Positions 1 through 10,064 of a stretch of 64,000 bases of DNA are shown here, in pieces (the first letter of the stretch is position 1; each line of letters opens with the position of its first letter). Source of the DNA: a virus (Duplodnaviria > Caudoviricetes); IMG/VR virus record IMGVR_UViG_3300028886_000042. One strand, written 5' to 3'. The notes below the pieces were generated by a model. It was not told the origin of the DNA. It worked only from the letters and a program-made list of their open reading frames with translations, and searched no databases. The translations under genes and the position numbers were made by a program.

Positions 1-2
1 CA

Positions 3-233
3 AGAATCGACATTAACTTCAAGTTTATCGGAGGCGGTGACTTAGGCGGGCCTATAAGGAGGCTTCAGAATGCCATGTCGTTCAATTATTATGCTAATGC
101 AAGGCTGTATGATAACAGGGCAGACAGAATAAAGTATAACGGAAGCCATTTAGAAATGGGTGGCAACGACAGTAGTGTAAATAGTAACAGCAGTTATGCC
201 CATACAGTTCAGATGGCAAATAATAAAAATTAA
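3..233 (+). CDS. 3' end of a tail/baseplate protein (partial, runs off the window start)
   Basis: Open frame RIDINFKFIGGGDLGGPIRRLQNAMSFNYYANARLYDNRAD...NKN ending at TAA 231-233, directly upstream of the LysM/tail-X and hub genes. Confidence 0.6.
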   Translation, partial: RIDINFKFIGGGDLGGPIRRLQNAMSFNYYANARLYDNRADRIKYNGSHLEMGGNDSSVNSNSSYAHTVQMANNKN

Positions 234-246
234 TTAATATTTTTAT

Positions 247-561
247 ATGGCTTATTATGACAGATATGCTAATTTCAGGACAAATACCGGTGTTAATGTC
301 GTACCACCGATTGAGATAGAGAAATCTTCATCTGATATATACCTTGTATATGACAAAAACAAGATGAGGTTAGATACACTTTCTTATAAATACTACGGAG
401 ACCCTGACTACGGATGGCTGATATTACAGGCAAATCCTTCAATCCCATCTATGGAATATCGTATAGAGGACGGCACAATCGTAAGAATACCTTATCCGCT
501 GTCAACAGCTGTTAACCGTTACGAACAAGGTATAAACAAATATAATTCTGAAAACAATTAA
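247..561 (+). CDS. LysM/tail-X-like baseplate protein
   Basis: RLDTLSYKYYGDPDYGWLILQANP...G..VRIP matches the tail-X/LysM pattern; position before the hub gene. Confidence 0.8.
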   Translation: MAYYDRYANFRTNTGVNVVPPIEIEKSSSDIYLVYDKNKMRLDTLSYKYYGDPDYGWLILQANPSIPSMEYRIEDGTIVRIPYPLSTAVNRYEQGINKYNSENN

Positions 562-581
562 CAATATTTAACTTGAAATAA

Positions 582-614
582 TTTGGTACTCAAGAAATAA
601 CCTTTAACTTTGCA
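582..614 (+). promoter_or_regulatory. Bacteroidota-type primary sigma promoter
   Basis: TTTG (582-585), 19 nt, TAACTTTGCA (605-614). Confidence 0.75.
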
Positions 615-644
615 ACACAAAAAATAAAATAAAGGTTTACGATT

Positions 645-1424
645 ATGTACAGAAGAATTATCTTAAGTGTTATTTCAGTGTTATTTACCGTTCTCTGTGT
701 TGCAGAAAACTATGTTTCTGATTTGACTATAATAAACTACAATACAGACGGAGAGCGTTTCGAAAAATCTGTCATCTATTATAAATATTCCGGTAATACG
801 ATTACAGGGGCAAACAAAGTAACGGTAAAAGCCATCGGTGATTTGTATGAAACTATTCCTGAATACAGAGATACATTTGTGACTTCATATATACACAATC
901 AGAAAAAAGAGAGAATACATACATTAAGAAAGAAGGGTAAAAATGATAAAATCGAACGGTTCACTGATTATGAATATACATATAATGAATATGGTAAACT
1001 TATCGAGATAAAGAAACAGTTTTATTTAAAGGAAGAAGACGGACAATATCATCCGCGTGATATAGAATATATTTTAAATCTGAGATGGTATGAAGGAAAT
1101 ATGTACTTTTGTGACAAGAGTTTCAATATAAAATATTCGGAAAACAAAAACACACTTAACATAAACCCTAATGTATTTCTTTTTATATGCAATACATATG
1201 ATATTTTTACGGATGAACATTTTCAGTATTCAATAGACGTATTTAATTTAAAAACCGTTAACTTAATTGAATATATAAGCATTATTAGTGGATATTCATA
1301 TGAAGCATATCGTGTTGAGAATAATTTCAACGGTGACGGTACACTTAACGACATAGCACTGTATTGTAAATACAAGGACGAATGGAAACTTATGAAAACA
1401 ATTTTAATAAACTATAGGCATTGA
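645..1424 (+). CDS. Exported protein with signal peptide (moron-like, Bacteroidota-type beta-rich protein)
   Basis: N-terminus MYRRIILSVISVLFTVLCVA-E is a Sec-type signal; Tyr-rich YD-like strands; has its own promoter and a downstream hairpin. Confidence 0.65.
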   Translation: MYRRIILSVISVLFTVLCVAENYVSDLTIINYNTDGERFEKSVIYYKYSGNTITGANKVTVKAIGDLYETIPEYRDTFVTSYIHNQKKERIHTLRKKGKNDKIERFTDYEYTYNEYGKLIEIKKQFYLKEEDGQYHPRDIEYILNLRWYEGNMYFCDKSFNIKYSENKNTLNINPNVFLFICNTYDIFTDEHFQYSIDVFNLKTVNLIEYISIISGYSYEAYRVENNFNGDGTLNDIALYCKYKDEWKLMKTILINYRH

Positions 1425-1430
1425 AAAAAT

Positions 1431-1469
1431 AACCCGTAAATACTTATATTTAAAGTATTGCGGGTTTTT
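1431..1469 (+). terminator. Hairpin (terminator-like) overlapping a putative phage promoter
   Basis: aacccgtaaatactt / aagtattgcgggtt followed by ttttt; TATATTTAAA lies in and around the loop. Confidence 0.5.
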
Positions 1470-1474
1470 CTTTA

Positions 1475-4400
1475 ATGGCAGAGACTGAAAAGAATATTGT
1501 AAGGCAAAAAGGACGTATATTATATGTTGAGCCTAACGACATATACGGTGAGATAGACGGTGTTCCGATGACACCGGACTATTCGGATTATTGTATATCA
1601 GTAAATCTGATAGCAGAGGTTGTTTCAAGGGTAAAACAGAGTGGAGGAGAATCCACTTCAATGCTAATTGCTACGTGGATTGAACGTCCGCATTCCGATG
1701 AAAACAATGAAACGCCGAATAACGAGAACTGGATTTCATTCTTACAAGGTGAAGATGCGAAGATATACGTAGGCGGTAAAACAAATTTCCTTACAACTTA
1801 TTATACTGACATAAACTATAATGACGTTGTAAAGAAAAACATAGTAGAAGGTTTGGGTATTGAGAGTATAGAGGTATCTTTTGAGAGTTTCTATACCCCA
1901 ACCGTTGTAATCAAGTTCGTTGACGTAAGAGGCTCGTCACTTTTCGGAAGAGAAGAAGTCATACACAACCCTTCTGAAATATCAGAAAAACAGAACAGCG
2001 TTTTCGGTGCATTCTTCACAATACCGTACCCCAAATTCAAATTACAGATTAAGGGTTTTTACGGTAAGGGTGTTACATATCAGCTTACATGTTCTGATTT
2101 CAAGGCTTCATTCAATCCTAATAACGGTAATTTTGAAGCAGTTGTTACATTTATAGGATATTCATATTCACTTCTTACGGACATACCTTTAAGTTATATT
2201 ATAGCCGCACCGTTCTGTGACTATTTCGGTAAAGATTATTGGGAAAGCCATATAAACACACCTGAATGGCAATTAAGCGACGGAAACCCACCTGTAACAC
2301 TGGTTAAAATCATAGAAAAAGCAAAATCCCTTATAAATGAACGTGATTTACTCGAACATAAGGTTATGAGTAATGAAGACGGTAAAACGAAGAATGAACT
2401 TAATACAAAAAAGAACAATTTAGAGTCGATTTCAATTCATCTGAATGATTTTCTTAATGCACTGACAACACAGTTCAGTAATAAGTGTGTATATGTAGAG
2501 AGCGGTGAAGATTCCGTCAACGAACAGCTTATTCTATTTTCTGATGCTTCTGACAATCAGAAGATTACAGATAAATTAACCGTAACTCTTAACGATAATG
2601 TAGTTAATGCATGGAAAAACCTGATTAAAGCTTTTAATCTGTACAATGATTCAAGTGACGGCGAGATTTTCGATACGAAACTTCTTCCAAACGGACTTAC
2701 CGGTGAATGTAATGAATTAGTTTTCAATAAATTCTGTGACATAACAGATGATAAAGGTGTTACCTTCCTTAGAAACAGTGGAGAACAGAATGTTAAAGGT
2801 TTAACCGGTACTGTATTAAACAACAGTATCTGTCCGTCTGTAGAATTAGCCGGAAAACTTGTAGCTGATGCAAGGCCTGAAAATTTCAAGAATAACGGAA
2901 AATATTTCGGGGAATATGCCTATATATTTGAATTCAGCAAATTCAATGACATCATATCTTCACGTATTGAAAGGCTCAATGCAGAGAGTAATGAAATAAA
3001 CAGAAAGATAAAGTTAAAGGTACAGGAAACAGCCGGTGATTTATTAGGATTCACCCCACGTATAGGTGACATCTTCAAGATTATCATGTGTCACCTTGAA
3101 ACATTCATACATATGATGTGGGAGTGTTACAGGGTAATTGACGATGACGGCATGAACAACAGGCGTACATATGAATACCTTAATGTACCGAAGGGTTCGA
3201 CAGATTATCCGTCAAACTATAATTTTAAGAACGGAATAGGTGCATGGCCGGGACTTTTCAATAACGGGTTTACCGACAAACAGGGCGGTACTATAGATGA
3301 GGGTTCTGAAACTATTGCATGGGTAGGTGATTTCAGTCACAATTTCGAGGAAGAAAAACTTGTAAGGTCACTGTATTACGGTTTACAGAAAAACACAAAG
3401 GATTTGGACACTATGGACAAATCGGTTTCTTCAATACCGTTATTACCGGTAATGCCTAATGACATTAACAATTTCAGTGACATATTTTCAAATGCGACAA
3501 AGAATGATATATCTTCACTGTCAGGCTATCTTTCGTTCCGTGCTGCACAGATATTCGGTTTATTACTTGACGGTAATATAACAGAGGAAATGGCAAACAC
3601 GTTAGGCAAGATGGATGCCTTCAACTATTTCGCACATGTCAGTTCTAAGACTGACATAAAGAACCATATACTTAACCGTGATTCAGACAGAAGCCTTGAA
3701 GATATACTGTATGATATTTCGTTATGCAACAGTAATGCAGACGAATACTGTACCACTTATCAGGGTAATGATAAACGCAGATATGCATTTGAGACAGCAT
3801 ATTCAATAGACAGTGATTATAACAGGAACAAACGTCATCCTATGTTACAGGAGGCTGACATTTACCTTAAATACATACATTACTATCTGAGAATAAGAAA
3901 AGAAAAGGAAGAGGAATACACAGTCAGAAAAATATCCGTTGTACCGGATTCCATGGAGGAATTCAAGAATTACTCAAACACATTTGAAATGAGAGGAAGT
4001 AAAAAGGGCACTTATTTCAAACTTATATCAGATGATAATTCAGAGGAAAAATGGACAGGCAAACCGTTCCTACATAAGTCAAGTTCAATGACACTGTTTG
4101 ATGCCGAACTATCTGATGATATAGATAAAATGACAATTGACAATATCGGAACGAAATATGTCAATAATGATATGTTTGATATACATACGGCTGATATTAT
4201 AGTTGACGGTGTAAGGGAAAAGTACAGCGAACTTAAAACCGGTACTTTTATAGTAAACGGAGAGGAATATACGGAAAATCTTGACAGCATACTGAATAAG
4301 ATATGGAATGTCAGCAACTCATACTACGGTAAGTTTTTCGGTAATGACATGCTAAGTGAAGGGTCAGGTTTGGATGATGATGAATTATATCCGGACAATA

Positions 4401-7400
4401 ACAGTAAGAACGATACCGGCAAAGCACCGAAAAATCCGCTTGAGAGAAAATGGCTTAAAGATAAAGCTGTAAGTTTCAATACCGAAAACGGAGGATGGAA
4501 ATCCGATTCAGGAGATTTGGATATAAATAACCTTGTCATAAAATATTTCAATTCATATATTTCGTTAGGCAAGGGTGAATATACAAGACAGAACCTGTTT
4601 GCCGACCCGTTTTATTATCTACAGAATGATGAAATACAAAAAGGCGAGGAAACTGAATCCGAACAGCTGACAAGGCAGAAACGTGTAAAGGGTTTGCTGT
4701 TTCTCCATACGTTATCATATAACTATTCAGACATACCTTCATTCCTGAAACATACAAAGAACAGCGGAGGTATATACACAATACCATACGGCTATGCATT
4801 ACTGATAGGAGGTTTACTATGGAAGAAAAGATACAGTGATACACATACGGAGTTAAAAAACGGTAAGTATGTAAAAATAAGTCCGATACAGACAGGAACA
4901 TCAAATATTGAGTATTACTGTAATATCACAAGTGATGATACACTGTTCGTCAAATACGGAGGAAAATATGTTATGTGTGCCTTCAAGACAGAACAGGAAA
5001 CAACCGGTCATGTCAAGATTTCAGAACTGTTAGGCGGTGAAGATGACAGATGTATGCCGGATAACCTCGTTACGAATAAACTCATATCACTCTTCCTTGA
5101 TTTCATTGACGGGCCGTGGTCTGAAATAATGAATACACTTGAATTGCGTAACAGGTATAGTGACGGAAACATTGTACGGTATACTTATAGTGATTTCTGT
5201 AAAGAAGCAATGAATATGAAACAGTACTTCAATGACCTAAACAAAAAAACGAAGTTTTTCATAATTGACAAAAAAAGCATACCGTACAATTATTATCTCA
5301 TATACAGAATGATAAACGACCAGAAATATTTTGACGGTTTCTTCGACTCTTACAGATTCATTCTCGTAAACAGCCGTTTCGTACAGACTGACGATGCAAG
5401 GGGTATATTATTGCTTATGGATGAAAAAAACACTGTATTTCAGCAGACATTAAAGGATTTATATGCAAAGGCCGTTGTCGTAACGGATTCGTCCCGATTC
5501 CATCATTATTACAACGATATCACGAATGATAATGAGATAACATTCGCACAGAGTCTGTTCAAGTCATATCTGAAAGGCTTCAGTGGAAAATTAAGTGACA
5601 TAGCAGAGGAAAAAGAAGCAGTACCGAAGAATGAAAGTATAGATTTTGATACCAACCTCAGAAGGGATTTACTTCTGTCAATATACCTGTACCTTAAAAC
5701 ACTATGGGACAGATGGCTCGTATCTACAGGTACAAAGACAAAGGACGGAAGAACAGTAACTTACACAAACTACTATGATGTCGGTAATTTCTTTTCAAGT
5801 TTCGTATTCATAGATGCATTCTACCGTAATATATACAAGGATTTCCTTATAAACATCGAAACCTTCAAGGATATATTCGAGGGACGTTCGGACAAGAGTA
5901 CACTGTTTCAGTTTATAGGCGATATCCTCAGAAAACACAACTGTCTGTTCTTTGCATTACCTGACTATGTAGATATGGGTGCTTCTGACAACAATACGGC
6001 AATAAAGGAATTACAGAATATATTCAGACCAGTACCGTTCGTAAACAAGAATGAAATAGCAGAGGAAAACAGATTCGTCATAATATATAATCCGAGACTG
6101 TCGGAAACACCCATGGAGTTCAATTCATTCAAGACTGACTATTTCAAGATATGGAATCCTGCTATTGTTGGTGAAGAAAAATGGGATGAAAATTTACCGG
6201 GTGTATTCTATCATACCGCTATATCCGAAGGTGAGGATGCCGTTACAAGATACGGATATTATGTACCTTCGTTCGGAATAGCATTCAGTAAACAGGGTAA
6301 TCACCTGTTCAAGTCAATCAGTCTGAGCACTTCTTCACCACTTGTCACGTCTGCTTCTGCTGCTGCCGTTACCAACATAGCGATGAGCATGTCGGACAAT
6401 GCCAACAAAGTCGCATTCATGGGACAGGATTTATATCCGGTATACAGCAACTACTCCTATATATGCGAGGTTGAAATGATGGGTGATGCCCAGATACAGC
6501 CGTTTATGTATTTCCAACTGATGAACGTTGCCATGTGGAGCGGTGTATATATGATTTTCAATGTGACTCATTCAATAACAGCCGGTAACATGACAACAAA
6601 GTTCAGGGGTATGAAACTGTCAAGAAATGCTCTACCATACAGTTCTACATGGTTCTTCTATTCACCTGACAGATATGACAGTAATGAAGCAAACAGATAT
6701 AACGGAGGAAGCGGAAGCAACAACGGTAGTAGCGGTGGAGGTACAGGATATGCCGGTAATACTGTTCCTATTGTTCTTGACAGCAGCAGATACATTAAGT
6801 TTGCGGGTATGCTCGATAAGGATAATGACCATTATGACAAAGAGGAAAATTATGTAAAAAAAGATACCTACGCAACAAGATATAAGACAAACAGCGGAAA
6901 TACTGTAAGTACTTCACTGATTATGCTGTACAATACCCTCTATGAGGAAATAAAGGCAATGCAGGAAAAAACAGGTGGAATGAAATGGAATATCTGTATT
7001 TCAAGTGTAGGAACAGGTTCACATGTCGAGGGAAGTCAGCACTATACAGGCCATGCAATCGATTTACAGTTATCATATAAAAACGGTGACGGTAAAATGG
7101 TTCCTTCAAGCGGTGAAAACAAAAAACCCGACCCAAACTATTTCACTGTTATTGACATGATATATGAACTGCATTTCGATGAAGTATATCAGGTTATCTA
7201 TGAACAATACCACAAAGGGGACTGTGAACATGAAACAAAACAATACCAGCCGAAATGTCTTCATGTAGGTATAAAAGAACCGGAAAGAAACAGAACTTCC
7301 GTACAATTCTATGTAGATAACGGAAACTACGGAAAATGGTATTTCGACAGTAGGGTACGGTTACCTGAATTCAAGGGTACAGCAAAAAAATATTACATGA

Positions 7401-8041
7401 GGAACGAAAAGAATTTCTATAGCGTGTTCCCGAATTTCCAGAATATGGATGTTTCAGCTTTATTTACGGAAAAGTGGTACGGTAAAATCAAGGACATATA
7501 TGAGAGTAATGTCCGGTTGATTGATGATATAAATGATGATGCAATACCTACAGAATATGATTTGGGTAACGAATATACAGGACAGTTCGACAGTTCTGAT
7601 AAAGGAAAAAAACAATTTACTGTCACTTTATATAAATCATACAGAAGATTAGAACTGAACAAACGTATTTCACTTGTACTGGTTGCACAGGATGCAGGTG
7701 AGTCAGGATGGGGTACTTCAACGTTATCACAGTACAGTAATTACGGAGGTATAAACAATACAGCCGGTTGTAAACAGGATGTAATGACAGATGCAGACGG
7801 GCACAAGAAGGCAGGATTTGATAATGTCGGAAACTATACGTCCGAGAAAATAGCAATGTTAAGAAGGGTTTACGGTGATAACATAACCTCAAACAAAAAG
7901 GGTGTTGACTTTATGAGACAGTTACAGGGACTTAATTCGCGCAACTACTGCTACGGTGGCGAAAATGACGAACAGAGATTCAACTACGGCGTTACAATCC
8001 TTACGAAAATGGTTCCCAGTGTTTATAATCGTCTCAAATAA
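1475..8041 (+). CDS. Baseplate hub / tail-associated lysin with C-terminal M15-like peptidase and GH73-like glucosaminidase domains
   Basis: Hub-like N-terminus (GIESIEV..F.DVRG..LF) and hub motif YSYICEVEMMGDAQIQPFMYFQL...G.Y.I..VTHSI; Gly/Ser linker; then SQHYTGHAID...LHVG and AQDAGESGWG...NYGGI. Confidence 0.7.
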   Translation: MAETEKNIVRQKGRILYVEPNDIYGEIDGVPMTPDYSDYCISVNLIAEVVSRVKQSGGESTSMLIATWIERPHSDENNETPNNENWISFLQGEDAKIYVGGKTNFLTTYYTDINYNDVVKKNIVEGLGIESIEVSFESFYTPTVVIKFVDVRGSSLFGREEVIHNPSEISEKQNSVFGAFFTIPYPKFKLQIKGFYGKGVTYQLTCSDFKASFNPNNGNFEAVVTFIGYSYSLLTDIPLSYIIAAPFCDYFGKDYWESHINTPEWQLSDGNPPVTLVKIIEKAKSLINERDLLEHKVMSNEDGKTKNELNTKKNNLESISIHLNDFLNALTTQFSNKCVYVESGEDSVNEQLILFSDASDNQKITDKLTVTLNDNVVNAWKNLIKAFNLYNDSSDGEIFDTKLLPNGLTGECNELVFNKFCDITDDKGVTFLRNSGEQNVKGLTGTVLNNSICPSVELAGKLVADARPENFKNNGKYFGEYAYIFEFSKFNDIISSRIERLNAESNEINRKIKLKVQETAGDLLGFTPRIGDIFKIIMCHLETFIHMMWECYRVIDDDGMNNRRTYEYLNVPKGSTDYPSNYNFKNGIGAWPGLFNNGFTDKQGGTIDEGSETIAWVGDFSHNFEEEKLVRSLYYGLQKNTKDLDTMDKSVSSIPLLPVMPNDINNFSDIFSNATKNDISSLSGYLSFRAAQIFGLLLDGNITEEMANTLGKMDAFNYFAHVSSKTDIKNHILNRDSDRSLEDILYDISLCNSNADEYCTTYQGNDKRRYAFETAYSIDSDYNRNKRHPMLQEADIYLKYIHYYLRIRKEKEEEYTVRKISVVPDSMEEFKNYSNTFEMRGSKKGTYFKLISDDNSEEKWTGKPFLHKSSSMTLFDAELSDDIDKMTIDNIGTKYVNNDMFDIHTADIIVDGVREKYSELKTGTFIVNGEEYTENLDSILNKIWNVSNSYYGKFFGNDMLSEGSGLDDDELYPDNNSKNDTGKAPKNPLERKWLKDKAVSFNTENGGWKSDSGDLDINNLVIKYFNSYISLGKGEYTRQNLFADPFYYLQNDEIQKGEETESEQLTRQKRVKGLLFLHTLSYNYSDIPSFLKHTKNSGGIYTIPYGYALLIGGLLWKKRYSDTHTELKNGKYVKISPIQTGTSNIEYYCNITSDDTLFVKYGGKYVMCAFKTEQETTGHVKISELLGGEDDRCMPDNLVTNKLISLFLDFIDGPWSEIMNTLELRNRYSDGNIVRYTYSDFCKEAMNMKQYFNDLNKKTKFFIIDKKSIPYNYYLIYRMINDQKYFDGFFDSYRFILVNSRFVQTDDARGILLLMDEKNTVFQQTLKDLYAKAVVVTDSSRFHHYYNDITNDNEITFAQSLFKSYLKGFSGKLSDIAEEKEAVPKNESIDFDTNLRRDLLLSIYLYLKTLWDRWLVSTGTKTKDGRTVTYTNYYDVGNFFSSFVFIDAFYRNIYKDFLINIETFKDIFEGRSDKSTLFQFIGDILRKHNCLFFALPDYVDMGASDNNTAIKELQNIFRPVPFVNKNEIAEENRFVIIYNPRLSETPMEFNSFKTDYFKIWNPAIVGEEKWDENLPGVFYHTAISEGEDAVTRYGYYVPSFGIAFSKQGNHLFKSISLSTSSPLVTSASAAAVTNIAMSMSDNANKVAFMGQDLYPVYSNYSYICEVEMMGDAQIQPFMYFQLMNVAMWSGVYMIFNVTHSITAGNMTTKFRGMKLSRNALPYSSTWFFYSPDRYDSNEANRYNGGSGSNNGSSGGGTGYAGNTVPIVLDSSRYIKFAGMLDKDNDHYDKEENYVKKDTYATRYKTNSGNTVSTSLIMLYNTLYEEIKAMQEKTGGMKWNICISSVGTGSHVEGSQHYTGHAIDLQLSYKNGDGKMVPSSGENKKPDPNYFTVIDMIYELHFDEVYQVIYEQYHKGDCEHETKQYQPKCLHVGIKEPERNRTSVQFYVDNGNYGKWYFDSRVRLPEFKGTAKKYYMRNEKNFYSVFPNFQNMDVSALFTEKWYGKIKDIYESNVRLIDDINDDAIPTEYDLGNEYTGQFDSSDKGKKQFTVTLYKSYRRLELNKRISLVLVAQDAGESGWGTSTLSQYSNYGGINNTAGCKQDVMTDADGHKKAGFDNVGNYTSEKIAMLRRVYGDNITSNKKGVDFMRQLQGLNSRNYCYGGENDEQRFNYGVTILTKMVPSVYNRLK

Positions 8042-8064
8042 ATTATGGCAGAAACATGATTTTA

Positions 8065-8098
8065 TTTGTATTTTAACGTTTTTGACTGTATATTTGCA
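8065..8098 (+). promoter_or_regulatory. Bacteroidota-type primary sigma promoter
   Basis: TTTG (8065-8068), 20 nt, TATATTTGCA (8089-8098). Confidence 0.8.
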
Positions 8099-8132
8099 CA
8101 AAGAAAAAGGATGAAAAAGATAAAAACAGATA

Positions 8133-8753
8133 ATGCAAAAATTAGCAAATATCGTAACACCTTCAAAAAATAACGGTTTTCCTGAAATATATAATGTGGT
8201 AAGTTCATGCGAAGATACAGACGTGAACTTACCTACTCTGTATATAGGGCTTGACAGTGCAAGGAAATGTATTGACAATTTTTCAATTCTCAAGAAATAC
8301 TATCCGGAACAGAACTGCTGGTGGACTTTTTCAAAAACCGAGAGAAGGGACGATAATATTACCGATATTGAGAATTTTCAGGAATATGTCATCATAAATG
8401 CACTTAAAAACACAAAGTATGAATATATCGATTTTATAAAATACAGTTTAAAGAGAATAAAGAAACTTATAAACTATATATTATACTCAGATAACAGTAA
8501 GATATGCTTTCTGACAAGAGGGAGCAGTTTCATGTTTATATATGACATAAAACTCAATACGGTATTCGGTCTGTCACTGTCATTGTGCGAATATTGCGGT
8601 CTGAACAAACATAAAATCATAAAACATGTTAAAAGTAATACAAATAACGAGTTTATTAACGGAACAGACTTCATGAATAATGACCTGAAACGCATAATAG
8701 GCAGTAATACACATTATATATTGCCGTTATACTGCTATTTTACGGATAAGTGA
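8133..8753 (+). CDS. Hypothetical protein
   Basis: 206-aa ORF directly after a promoter; no recognisable motif. Confidence 0.7.
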   Translation: MQKLANIVTPSKNNGFPEIYNVVSSCEDTDVNLPTLYIGLDSARKCIDNFSILKKYYPEQNCWWTFSKTERRDDNITDIENFQEYVIINALKNTKYEYIDFIKYSLKRIKKLINYILYSDNSKICFLTRGSSFMFIYDIKLNTVFGLSLSLCEYCGLNKHKIIKHVKSNTNNEFINGTDFMNNDLKRIIGSNTHYILPLYCYFTDK

Positions 8754-8784
8754 CTATTTATAATTATAATTAATGTGATATATT

Positions 8785-9105
8785 ATGCCACAGAAATTCA
8801 TAACAAAAAATCCGAACAGGAGAATAATAAGGCCTTCAAGCAGTGTATTCCATAACACATTGAAAGTCAAGGAAGTAAATCCGGTACATAATGTAACAAA
8901 GGTTGTTGCAAGTACTGAAAATAAGGAAATTAAAGAAAATACCGAGATGAACGCAGTTGAACAACTTAAGAACATTGTTGGTGACGATGCAAAATTGCCT
9001 AAGAGAAAAGTAAAGGTTGAGAAAAAAGACAAAGGACTGTTTGAACGTACTGAAGACAGTACGATATTACTGACAGAGGAAAATAAAATGCTTCTCAACG
9101 ACTGA
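8785..9105 (+). CDS. Hypothetical basic protein
   Basis: 106-aa ORF preceded by CTATTTATAA; charged C-terminus KKDKGLFERTE...LLND. Confidence 0.7.
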   Translation: MPQKFITKNPNRRIIRPSSSVFHNTLKVKEVNPVHNVTKVVASTENKEIKENTEMNAVEQLKNIVGDDAKLPKRKVKVEKKDKGLFERTEDSTILLTEENKMLLND

Positions 9106-9110
9106 ACATA

Positions 9111-9941
9111 ATGGACAGAACAGACAAGGAACTTATCAGTAAATACCACCTTGAAGAAGCACAGAAACGGTTTCAGATGATAAGTGAATATTCCTTTATC
9201 ACCAAACCGCAACTGTCAGAAGAAGGTGACGAGGACAATCAGCAGCAACAGCCTGCCGGAGAAAATCCACCGATGAACGGACAGCAGCAGCCTCCTATGC
9301 CTCAACAGGACAATTCCGGTATGCCGCCTCAAGATAACAGTAATCCTGCACCTGACAACAGTCAGGCTCCTATGGGTAATATGGACGGAAACCAACCGGC
9401 AGATATGCAACAGCAGCCGCCTATGCCACCTGTAAACGGTGAAGAGGGAGATATGGATGTTGATTTCAATACTGACGAAGAAGGTGAAGAAAATACAGAT
9501 ACCATGCAGGACGGCGATGAGGTAATCGACGTTGACGAACTCACAAACGCACAGGAAACGGTAGATGCTAAAATTGACGGTGTCGATGACAAGTTACAGA
9601 ATCTTTTAGCCGTAACGAAAAAGTTCATACAAGCCGTTGACCAGAATAACAGGAAAATCGATGACCTGAAGATTGAGTTTGAACGTCGCAATCCTTCACA
9701 GGAGGAAAAACTGAACATACGCTCACAGGCATCAGCACCATATTCTGAAAGTCCGAAGGATTTTTGGGACAGAAAAGCTGAAAATTCAAACTATAATGTT
9801 ATTTTCAATAATGACGTAGACCCAAGTAAGGAAGACAAAGAGTATGTCATAAGGAAGAGTGATATTAACAGTAATGACGACAGAGGCTTGTCAAAATCAC
9901 TTGATTATCCGACAAAACTCAGTGACTACTTGGATTTCTGA
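9111..9941 (+). CDS. Acidic, Pro/Gln-rich probable head-internal or scaffold-like protein
   Basis: Low-complexity P/Q/D/E tract plus coiled coil; LEE, ISE and LSE tripeptides near the N-terminus. Confidence 0.55.
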   Translation: MDRTDKELISKYHLEEAQKRFQMISEYSFITKPQLSEEGDEDNQQQQPAGENPPMNGQQQPPMPQQDNSGMPPQDNSNPAPDNSQAPMGNMDGNQPADMQQQPPMPPVNGEEGDMDVDFNTDEEGEENTDTMQDGDEVIDVDELTNAQETVDAKIDGVDDKLQNLLAVTKKFIQAVDQNNRKIDDLKIEFERRNPSQEEKLNIRSQASAPYSESPKDFWDRKAENSNYNVIFNNDVDPSKEDKEYVIRKSDINSNDDRGLSKSLDYPTKLSDYLDF

Positions 9942-9947
9942 TATACT

Positions 9948-9991
9948 AAACCGGTCAATAGGACTGTTTTTCCTTTATGGCCGGTTTTTTT
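9948..9991 (+). terminator. Intrinsic terminator
   Basis: aaaccggtca...tggccggttt followed by a T run. Confidence 0.7.
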
Positions 9992-10002
9992 ACCTTTTTA
10001 AT

Positions 10003-10035
10003 TTTGCTATTAATGATAAAAAAAGTATATTTGCA
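10003..10035 (+). promoter_or_regulatory. Bacteroidota-type primary sigma promoter
   Basis: TTTG (10003-10006), 19 nt, TATATTTGCA (10026-10035). Confidence 0.8.
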
Positions 10036-10064
10036 TAAAATAAACATATTATATTATATAAAAA

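Noticed and set aside
8045-8059. Mini-ORF MAET echoing the start of the hub gene
   Set aside because: Only four codons; MA(E/D) starts are common here, so there is no support for function
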